From assembly GCA_965217825.1 (NCBI GenBank), contig OZ244571.1, positions 1,248,882-1,312,881 of the forward strand: a DNA stretch of 64,000 bases, given 5' to 3'. Source of the stretch: Candidatus Azotimanducaceae bacterium (lineage in GTDB: Bacteria; Pseudomonadota; Gammaproteobacteria; Pseudomonadales; Azotimanducaceae). Numbering within the stretch: position 1 is the first letter of the stretch; the number at the start of each line of letters is the position of its first letter. Of this stretch, positions 47,080 through 54,725 are shown piece after piece. The translations under genes were made by a program, and so were the position numbers. A model generated the notes under the pieces. The model was not told the origin of the DNA, did not search any database, and worked only from the letters and a program-made list of their open reading frames with translations.

Positions 47080-47578
47080 GACGGGGACGGCGCTGGAGAC
47101 GCGCACGGCGATGGACGCCTACGGCAACGTGACCGGAGTGACCTACGGCAACGGCGTCGAGACGACGCGGTCGTTCGACCCGAAGACGGGCCGGACGACG
47201 GACATCGACACCGTCGCGAGCGGCGGGACGAAGATCCAGGACAACGCCTACGTGTGGCGCAGCGACGGCCTGCTCGACAGCCGGGCGAGCCACGTCGGCG
47301 GGGCCAACGCGAAGAAGGAGACGTTCGCGTACGATCCGCTGGGGCGGCTGAAGACTGCGACCACGAAGCTGAGCAACGTGACGCGCCGGACGCTGAGCCA
47401 TACGTACGACGCGAAAGGCAATCTTCAGACGAAGACCAGCTCGGTGAACGCGGACATCGACGTGTCCGACTACGATTACGACCTGTCGGCCAAGCCAAAC
47501 AGGCTGACGGACGCGACCATCGGCGGCGCGGGACGAGTTCGCCTACGGCCCGGACGGGGCGCGCTACCACAGGAAGAC
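47080..47578 (+). pseudogene. RHS/YD-repeat protein fragment (internal piece, frameshifted, truncated by IS91)
   Basis: YD-repeat periodicity is visible: AMDAYGNVTGVTYGNGVETTRSFDPKTGR..., AYVWRSDGLL..., ETFAYDPLGRLK..., HTYDAKGNLQ..., then (other frame) DEFAYGPDGARYHRKT. There is no N-terminus and no C-terminal toxin tip. Confidence 0.65.
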
Positions 47579-48912
47579 AAGGCGCATCCCTGCCGCATTT
47601 CGTCGAGCAGGAGTTCGACGACCACCTGAAGTGCGGCTTGCTCGAACACGGGTTTCTGCGCGTCAAGTGCGACGCCTGCCGTCACGAGCACCTGGTGGCC
47701 TTTTCGTGCGAGCGACGCGGATTTTGTCCATCCTGCGGCGCACGTCGGATGGTGGAGTCGGCCGCGCATCTCGTCGATCACGTCCTGCCGGAGCAACCCA
47801 TCCGGCAGCGGGTGCTGACCTTCCCCCACCCGTTACGCTTCCTGTTCGCCGCCCGGCCGCAAGTGCTGAGCCAGGTCCTGGGCGTCGTCCACCGTGCGAT
47901 CTCGACTTGCCTCATCAAAAAGACGGGGTTCACCGTCGCCTCCGGCGCCAAGACCGGTGCGGTCACCCTGATCCAGCGGTTCGGTTCGGCGCTGAACCTC
48001 AACATTCACTTCCATATGCTCCTTCTCGACGGGGCGTACGACTTCAAAGGACGCCGCCCGACGTTTCATCGGGGACCGCGGCCGACTCCCGCCGAACTCA
48101 CGAAGCTGTTGCACACCATCGGCCAGCGGGTGGCCCGTTTGCTCGAACGCCTTGGCCCGCCCGTGCGCGACGCAGACAGCGACCACCTCGACTTCGAGCC
48201 CGGTGAGGCTTTCGATCAGCTCGTCGGCGCCTCGATTCACTACCGGATCGCCATCGGGCCCAACGCCGGCAGGAAGGCATTGACCTCGCGCACCGTCCCG
48301 GGACAGTCCGAACCCTTCCCATCCACCTTGCTCGCCGGGCAGCCGGGCTTTTCGCTCCACGCCGCCACCGTCTGTGAAGCCGCCCAACGCGACAAGCTCG
48401 AAAAGCTCTGTCGCCACATCGCGCGGCCCGCCATCGCCAACGAGCGGCTCTCGACCAACGATCGGGGACAAGTCATCTATCGGTTCAAGCAGCCGTTTCG
48501 CGACGGCTCCACCCACGTCGTCCTCGACCCACTCGACTTCATCGCCCGCCTGGCGGCGTTGGTCCCGCGTCCGCGATTGAACCTCACCCGGTTCCACGGC
48601 GTGTTCGCGCCGAATTGCAAGCATCGTGAGTCCGTCGCGCCAAAACGCAAACCTCGCCACGAAAAGCCGGATAAGCCCCTTGCCCCCATGACCCGGATGC
48701 GGCGCCTGAAACGCGTCTTCGCCATCGACATCGAGACCCGCCCCAAGTGCGGCGGCAAACTGCGCGTCATCGCCCGCATCGAAAATCCCGATGTCATCGC
48801 CGCGATCCTCGAGCACGTTCGCGCTCGCGAGGCAGCCACAACTACCCATGCGAGAGCACCTCCGCTCAACACAGAGCACCCCGCCGCGCGATACCAAGAC
48901 AGGCTCCCGTAG
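47579..48912 (+). mobile_element. IS91-family transposase gene, 5'-truncated (lacks ~35 N-terminal codons), otherwise open to its stop
   Basis: Reads from ...PHFVEQEFDDHLKCGLLEHGF through LNLNIHFHMLLLDGAY and LTRFHGVFAPN to the stop at 48912. The upstream part of track ORF 47254..48912 is an out-of-frame read of the RHS fragment. Confidence 0.8.
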
Positions 48913-49175
48913 AAAACGACCGCCCGACGCCATGCCGCGACCGCTACACAAGTAACCGCCGTTTCGCGCGACCTTTCCTCTCCAGCGTCCACCGCCACAT
49001 CCTCAACGGGCCCAACGGACGCCTCTGAAGACTTCCCCCGAGCGCCCCGTCAATCAACCGTACTTCGCAACTATCCCGTTTCGAGCGGTTATTCGTCCTA
49101 TCCGCGTCAGTGGCGCGAAACCGAAGGGGCTACGCAAGCGATCGAAGCCGCACAAACCCATTTTGTTTGACGGCC

Positions 49176-49211
49176 AAGTGTATTAAGTGTATTAATGCTA
49201 CTAGTACACTT
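49176..49211 (+). promoter_or_regulatory. candidate GntR/YtrA operator upstream of the GntR-ABC operon
   Basis: AAGTGTATTAAGTGTATTAATGCTACTAGTACACTT has a tandem AAGTGTA x2 and the inverted partner TACACTT. It is AT-rich, lies 19 nt upstream of the GntR start, and is flanked by TTGAC-like hexamers. Confidence 0.35.
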
Positions 49212-49229
49212 TGACAGGCCGAGCAGCGG

Positions 49230-49622
49230 ATGTTCGCTCTCAATCCCTCGTCGGGCGTACCGATCTACCGCCAGATCGTCCAGCAGGCCCGGTATGCAAT
49301 CGCAAGCGGTCGGGTGGAGCCCGGTGAACGGTTGCCATCCGTACGCGCTATTGCCATACAACTCGGCATCAACCCGATGACGGTGTCGAAGGCCTACTCG
49401 ATGCTTGAGCAACTGGGCGTGGTCGTACGCCGACCCGGCATCGGCATGGTGGTATCGGACACCGGTGCGAGTCCGGCCGAAGCCATCGACGACGACGCGC
49501 GAACGCTGGTGCAGACAGCGAAGCAGGTCGGTCTGTCGCGCAGGGAACTCGTCGCGCAAATCAACAAGATCTGGGAGGAAGAATGGATCGATCGACCGAT
49601 CCGCCTGCGCCGCTCGCGCTGA
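49230..49622 (+). CDS. GntR-family (YtrA-like, short) transcriptional regulator
   Basis: The winged HTH is PIYRQIVQQARYAIASGRVEPGERLPSVRAIAIQLGINPMTVSKAYSMLE. The short 130-aa length is typical of the YtrA subfamily. Confidence 0.85.
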   Translation: MFALNPSSGVPIYRQIVQQARYAIASGRVEPGERLPSVRAIAIQLGINPMTVSKAYSMLEQLGVVVRRPGIGMVVSDTGASPAEAIDDDARTLVQTAKQVGLSRRELVAQINKIWEEEWIDRPIRLRRSR

Positions 49623-50436
49623 ATGGCGTTTCCGCCGGCTACGAGCGGAGCAAAACGGATCGCGTCCTCGGCGATGTCGACCTGGAACTGGCGCCGGGGA
49701 CCATCACGGGGCTGTTGGGACGCAACGGCAGCGGCAAGACGACGCTCATGCGGGTCGCTATCGGATTGATGCGGGCGCGCACCGGCACGGCAAAGCTGTT
49801 CGGCGTGGACTCCTGGGACTCCCCGGCGAGGTTCGCAAGCGGATCGGATACGTGCCGCAACGGTTCTCGGGCTTCGGCTGGATGACGGTGGACGCCTGCC
49901 TGGCCATGATCGGCGGCCATTACGACTCCTGGGACCAGGCGTTCATCAATGACCTCAAGCGGGAGTGGCGATTGGCGAACCGCAGGATCGACAAGCTCTC
50001 GCCCGGCGACCAGCAAAAAGTGGCCATCTTGCTCGCCGTCGGGCACAAGCCGGACCTGCTGCTCCTCGACGAGCCCGCCGCGAGCCTCGACGCCGCCGCT
50101 CGACGGAACTTCATGAAGGCGCTGGCGGAACTGAACGTCGACCGCCGCCAGACCGTGCTGCTATCGAGCCACATCATTAGCGACATTGAGCGCGTCGCCT
50201 CTCACATCGCGGTGCTGCATAACGGACGCATCACCTGTCACGAAGCCCTCGACGAGATCAGGGAGCGGGTGGGTTTCGTGACCTTGACAGAACCACCGTC
50301 AGCGCAGCAAAAGGTCCTCGCGTCCCATGGCGACCGCTATTGGGTCTGGGATCCTGATCAGTACGAGTTCACTCCGGACGTACGCGTAGACAAAGTCGTG
50401 CTGGAGGATCTGTTCGAGGGGATCACGTCTCGATGA
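49583..50436 (+). pseudogene. ABC transporter ATP-binding protein interrupted by a frameshift near 49815-49825
   Basis: Walker A (GRNGSGKTT) is in track ORF 49583..49885. The Q-loop (IGYVPQ), signature (LSPGDQQK), Walker B (LLLLDEP) and H-loop (SSH) are in the frame of ORF 49405..50436. The switch is at a C4 run (49821-49824) and could be a sequencing error. Confidence 0.75.
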
Positions 50437-51764
50437 CCCCCCCTGTGGACAGTGTCGCGCGTAGAGATCGTGCCATGAATGGCGCCCTCGGGTCGTGGAT
50501 CGCGACATTGAAACCAACCGTGGAGGTGCTACGGTCATTCCACCCGGAGGCTTGGCCTGTCTTCGTCATACTGGCGACTTGCCTCATGATGGCAGGCCTG
50601 TATCAGTTCTTCGCCGCCAGCAACGCGATGCTGGTATTCACCGTCGCGAGTCTTGCCTATCTCGTGGGAAGTCGTATCGGCCAGTTAGCGGTTTGGTCAG
50701 GTAGCATTCTTGTCCCCCGGTACACCCGGTCGTTGTTTGCCCTGTGCGTCTCCGGTGTTGTGCTGGCGACGCTGCTGACCGGACTGGTGTGCTGGTCCCT
50801 GGGCAACCCGGCGCCGGCCGTGGCGCCGGCCATGCTGGTTGGCGCCGCCGTGATGCGCCGTGCCATTCGCCGCCCCGTCGCCCCATGGGGCGTGGCCGTC
50901 TGGTGGGTAATCCTGGCATTCGCCACGTTATGCGGTGCGGCCTTCGACGGAGCACGACAGCCCCTGGTCCAACTGGCTCACGCCTCGTCCGCGCTCTCCC
51001 ATGTCTGGATACAGCTAAGTGCTCTGGTGGGTGTGGGTTTGATCGTTCCTGGCACGCGACGTGCCATGGCCCTGCCAACGACTGGCATCGACCGGGCCGT
51101 CCAATCGCCGATCGGGTTCGGAAGCTTGTCCCGAGAGGATCTCCGGAAGGGAGTTTCGGGCGCTGCCTCTGCGCTCGGCATGCTCGTCTTGATGTGGTAC
51201 TTCTTTCCCAGGACTGCCGGCGAGTTTTTTTTCATGCTCTTATGGTTCAGTACGCTTGGCGGTGCTGTCTGCAACTGGTGGGAATCCACGGTCCACGTCC
51301 AACTGTCACGAGACTGGATTTTCGGTGTCGCGCAGGATCGCAAGGAACTCGGGCGTCGAGCAGCGGCTCGCGTCCTTTGGATATCACTCCCATGGCTCGT
51401 ACTCGGAACCGGTTGGTCGGCTATTCATGCCTTTGCAAGGGCCCCGGCGGAGGGACTTCTTCTCGATGAAGTTCTGATCGTCCACAGCAGCGCGCTCCTG
51501 ACCGGCACGTCGCTATGCCTTGTGACTGGCCGGTTGCCGCCATCCGTTCCTTATCGGCGATGGGCGGGTTGTCTGTTGATGGGTTTGGGCGCGGGCGTGT
51601 GCGGGTACTTTACTTTTTTCGAATACCATTCGTGGGACTATGCGGTGCTCGTGCTCGTGCTGATGGGCACTGCGGTATTGACCGTGTTCCTGGGCGGTCG
51701 CGCCCTGGCGCGAGCGGAGGTTCTGACGGAGATTCCCGTTCCTCGTCGAGGTAGCGTTCGATAG
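50433..51764 (+). CDS. polytopic membrane protein (putative permease partner of the ABC ATPase)
   Basis: 443 aa with about 10 or more hydrophobic helices. The ATGA overlap with the ABC gene stop indicates coupling. No family name recognised. Confidence 0.6.
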   Translation: MTPPVDSVARRDRAMNGALGSWIATLKPTVEVLRSFHPEAWPVFVILATCLMMAGLYQFFAASNAMLVFTVASLAYLVGSRIGQLAVWSGSILVPRYTRSLFALCVSGVVLATLLTGLVCWSLGNPAPAVAPAMLVGAAVMRRAIRRPVAPWGVAVWWVILAFATLCGAAFDGARQPLVQLAHASSALSHVWIQLSALVGVGLIVPGTRRAMALPTTGIDRAVQSPIGFGSLSREDLRKGVSGAASALGMLVLMWYFFPRTAGEFFFMLLWFSTLGGAVCNWWESTVHVQLSRDWIFGVAQDRKELGRRAAARVLWISLPWLVLGTGWSAIHAFARAPAEGLLLDEVLIVHSSALLTGTSLCLVTGRLPPSVPYRRWAGCLLMGLGAGVCGYFTFFEYHSWDYAVLVLVLMGTAVLTVFLGGRALARAEVLTEIPVPRRGSVR

Positions 51765-51787
51765 GGCTGTTGAGCTTCAGCCTTTTT

Positions 51788-52183
51788 CTACGACCACACG
51801 CGTCCCCGCCATCCTCGAGTTCCGTCGAGCGCATCGAATTCCGTATCTTTGGAAATCAGTGTCCAGCCCATTTCGATTGCGGTTGCGGCGATGAATCGGT
51901 CGAATGGATCCCGGTGCGTCCAGTCGAGGTCCCCAGCCCGCGCAGCGACCGCGCGCGTGAGGGGAGCGGACACGGTCTGCGTCTCGGTCATGAGCGCGTC
52001 GATGTGCGGTACGATTTCGGGCCATTTGCCCAGGCGCGCTTTGCGAACGATTTCGTAGACGCTGATGGGACTGACGTGGACCGCGTCCGCCTCGAGGATT
52101 GCTGTCTTAACACCTCTGCCGAGACGCGTGGAGTCCATGAGGCCCCAAATCCACGCGTGCGTGTCGAGCAAGACAGCACTCAT
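51788..52183 (-). CDS. vapC: PIN-domain toxin, VapC family
   Basis: Reads MSAVLLDTHAWIW...SPISVYEI...DPFDRFIAATA with acidic PIN residues. Its ATG overlaps the antitoxin stop (ATGA). Confidence 0.85.
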   Translation of the reverse strand: MSAVLLDTHAWIWGLMDSTRLGRGVKTAILEADAVHVSPISVYEIVRKARLGKWPEIVPHIDALMTETQTVSAPLTRAVAARAGDLDWTHRDPFDRFIAATAIEMGWTLISKDTEFDALDGTRGWRGRVWS

Positions 52184-52410
52184 GCCTTGCCTTCCCAAAG
52201 AGCCAACTCGCCCTCGTCCATGGGTTCATCGAATTCGGGAACGGTGTCGACCAGGTTCGCCAAGGTGTCGAACTGGAACCCGCCCGGCTTCACAGGCACG
52301 AGACGAACCGCTGGCTTGCCCTTGCGTGCGATCACCACGTCGTCGCCGGCTTCGGCGGCGGCGATGAGTTTCGAGAGCTGGGACTTTGCATTATGCACGT
52401 TTACAAGCAT
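52180..52410 (-). CDS. Phd/YefM-family type II antitoxin
   Basis: MLVNVHNAKSQLSKLIAAAEAGDDVVIARKGKPAVRLVPV is the Phd/YefM N-terminal fold signature. Length is 76 aa. Confidence 0.8.
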   Translation of the reverse strand: MLVNVHNAKSQLSKLIAAAEAGDDVVIARKGKPAVRLVPVKPGGFQFDTLANLVDTVPEFDEPMDEGELALWEGKA

Positions 52411-52424
52411 GATTGGCCTTCATC

Positions 52425-52441
52425 TAGCTAGACTAGCTAGT
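52425..52441. promoter_or_regulatory. perfect palindrome, candidate TA operator
   Basis: TAGCTAG-A-CTAGCTA lies 15 nt upstream of the antitoxin ATG. On the minus strand it is adjacent to a TATACT -10-like hexamer. Confidence 0.4.
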
Positions 52442-52538
52442 ATATGCGCGACCTACCGTTGCGGCAAACGGTAGTCACCGCCGAGATGGTCCTCCGGGGC
52501 AACCCACCCCCGACTCGGTTCCGGCGGTCCTTGACGAC

Positions 52539-52836
52539 TCAATCGAATTGCAGTCCGCCGTTCAGATCCACGACTTCGCCGGTGATGAACCCCGCCAGCG
52601 GATACGTCAGGAATGTCACGACGTGGGCGAATTCCTCGGCCTCGCAGAATCGCCCGACCGGGATCTGCTCCAGCAGCTCCTGCCGTTGAGACTCGGTTAA
52701 CTGTTCGGTCCACCATCGGCGTCTTCACGTAGGCGGGAGCGATGCCATTGACCGTCACCCCGTCACCGGCGACCTCCCTAGCCAGAGAGAACGTCAATGC
52801 GGCCAGAGCGCCCTTGGATGTGCTGTACGCGGTGCC
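52539..52836 (-). pseudogene. short-chain dehydrogenase/reductase (FabG-like) 3' fragment, 5'-truncated and frameshifted
   Basis: YSTSKGALAALTFSLAREVAGDGVTVNGIAPAYVKTPM contains the YxxxK active-site region. After a frameshift it continues ...QELLEQIPVGRFCEAEEFAHVVTFLTYPLAGFITGEVVDLNGGLQFD*. The N-terminal half is missing at the junction with the ATPase-gene repeat. Confidence 0.6.
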
Positions 52837-53097
52837 GCCAATCGCCGCCGCGAGGCGCCGATCTACTTTTGGCGCGATGCGACTGGCCGCGAGATTGATG
52901 CGCTGATCGACCTGGGCGGCAGGCTCGTCCCCGTCGAAGTCAAATCCGGGGAGACCGTTCCCGCCGACGCGGTGCAGAACCTGGAGTGGTGGACGGGCCT
53001 TCCAGACAACCCGACCACCGGCGGACTGCTGGTCCACGGTGGCAAGACGCGGTTTCGAATCAAGGGATTCGACGTGCTGCCCTGGTTTCTCGGCTGA
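52837..53097 (+). repeat. direct repeat of the last ~260 bp of the DUF4143 ATPase gene (copy of ~28217-28478)
   Basis: Alignable by eye with about five substitutions. It ends exactly at the TGA equivalent to 28476-28478, after which the sequences diverge. Confidence 0.85.
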
Positions 53098-53120
53098 AGT
53101 CTAAAGGTCCCGGACGCCTA

Positions 53121-53585
53121 TCAGTCTGCTCGCAGTTCCTTCAGCTTGGCAACCGCCTCCGCGGGATCGGGCAGCGTGCCCCGGTAGCTTTCCGTGTGCC
53201 GCACGACACCCGCGGGATCGATGATGATGAGCGAGCGATTCACGATTCCCGCCGACTCGTTGAAGATCCCGAGCGAACGGGCGACCGCGCCGTGGGGCCA
53301 GAAGTCCGAAAGCAGCGGGTGCCGCATGCCGCCCATGGCGGTGGACCAGGCGTTCAGGGCCGGGGCAGAGTCTACGCTTAAGCCCACAAGCGCCGCGCCA
53401 GCGTCGGTGAATTGATTCAACGCACGGTTGAAATTATTGGTCTGGTTGCTTCAGCCGCCGGTGAAAGCCAGGGGAAAGGTATGCAGGACGACCCACTTAT
53501 CGCCCTTGAACTGGCTGAGCGATAGCTCCTCGCCCGCGTGGCTTCTCAAGGCGAAATCCGGGGCTTCGGCTCCGACTTCGATCAT
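53121..53585 (-). CDS. AhpE-like 1-Cys peroxiredoxin with in-frame UGA at the peroxidatic-Cys position (candidate selenoprotein; alternatively a Cys->stop pseudogene)
   Basis: Track ORFs 53451..53669 and 53121..53420 are in the same frame and separated only by a TGA (53451-53453). The joined product is MIEVGAEAPDFALR...VVLHTFPLAFTGG[UGA]SNQTNNF...LLSDFWPHGAVARSLGIFNESAGIVNRSLIIID.... The RBS GGGAGGA lies 4 nt upstream of the ATG at 53585. Confidence 0.6.
53416..53453 (-). other. UGA plus downstream hairpin (candidate bacterial SECIS)
   Basis: On the minus strand, UGA is followed by 18 nt and then UUCAAC-CGUGC-GUUGAA (6-bp stem, 5-nt G/U-containing loop). The stem is extendable by AAU/AUU after a 3x3 internal loop. 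Confidence 0.4.
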
Positions 53586-53675
53586 GGGATCCTCCCGTGT
53601 GGTTCGCTGCGAAGCATACAGGCAAAGCGTTTCCAGAGGATACGTCCGGGCGCGTCGCGACCAGATCACCCGATA

Positions 53676-54725
53676 TCAGAACGCCGGAAACACTTCCTCG
53701 GCGAACCTTCGCGCGTAGTCATAGCCGCCCTCCGACAGTGGCGGCGGCGTTGGCATCGGGTGCGGCACGATGATTTCTATCGGCAGGCCGTACCCGAGGA
53801 TGGTCTTGATCTGGTCCGTGATCGCCTGGAAGGATCCGTGCAGGACGAATGCATCGACGGCGGCGTCCGGCAGGAAGGAAACCACGTCGCCGGCGGCTTC
53901 GAGGTCCTGGGCGTGGTGGAAATCCGGCCAGACGCGCCGCTTCAGGACGGCCACGTCTTCGCCGGTCCAGGGCATGTCGATGTTGTCGAATAGCGCCCGC
54001 GAGTACTCGTAGTATCCGGCGGCGGCGGCGCGGCCGATCCGTCCCGCGCGCTCGGCATCTTCGTCGACGATGGTGTGGAAAACGCAGCCGATGCGGATTT
54101 CTTTCGGATCCCGACCTGCCTCTGCGGCGCCCGCGTGAACAGCCTCGACAGCGCGGCGCAGGTTGGTCTCGTGAACGCCGACCCGGATAAAGACGCCGTC
54201 GGCGACGCGGCCAGCCATGCGCAACGTCCTGGGACCTTGGGTGGCTACCCACACAGGCACGTGCGCGGAGTGGCGGAGCACGGCGGGTCGCGCGGCGTCG
54301 ACGGCTACCTGCTCGCCGGCACCGAGCGACCGAATAGTGACGATCGCTTCTTCGAATGCCGCCACCGTGGCGGGTCGCCTGCCCATGAGGCGGACTGCGG
54401 TATCACCCACGCCCATGCCCAATATCGTGCGTCCGGGATCCAGCCGGTCGACCGTCGCGATCGACCCGGCGATGACCGCGGGATGACGCATCACGGGGTT
54501 TTCTATCAGCGTGCCCAGCATGATGGAATGCGTCTCCCGCAAGGCTTGCGCGAGCAAGACGTACGGATCCAGTACCAGGAGCGGCGAAGAAGCAATGAAC
54601 CCGTAGTGCCAACCCAACCCTTCGAGCCGCGCCGCGTCTGCGGCGAAGCGCAGGGGCGATCGGTGATCAAGTCGATTCAGGCCGAACGCCAGGCCATCTC
54701 GAATAGTCGTGGGATTGCCGTTCAT
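53676..54725 (-). CDS. luciferase-like monooxygenase (LLM) family oxidoreductase
   Basis: The LLM pattern is present (GLGWHYGFIASS..., ILGMGVGD, VPVWVATQGPRTLRMAGRVADGVFI). The start is set at MNGNPTT (ATG 54725), which overlaps the stop of the upstream MFS gene. Confidence 0.85.
   Translation of the reverse strand: MNGNPTTIRDGLAFGLNRLDHRSPLRFAADAARLEGLGWHYGFIASSPLLVLDPYVLLAQALRETHSIMLGTLIENPVMRHPAVIAGSIATVDRLDPGRTILGMGVGDTAVRLMGRRPATVAAFEEAIVTIRSLGAGEQVAVDAARPAVLRHSAHVPVWVATQGPRTLRMAGRVADGVFIRVGVHETNLRRAVEAVHAGAAEAGRDPKEIRIGCVFHTIVDEDAERAGRIGRAAAAGYYEYSRALFDNIDMPWTGEDVAVLKRRVWPDFHHAQDLEAAGDVVSFLPDAAVDAFVLHGSFQAITDQIKTILGYGLPIEIIVPHPMPTPPPLSEGGYDYARRFAEEVFPAF

Noticed and set aside
47254-47578. 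N-terminal 108 aa of ORF 47254..48912
   Set aside because: It is an out-of-frame read of the RHS fragment (Arg/Glu/Asp-rich). Transposase homology starts at ~47579.
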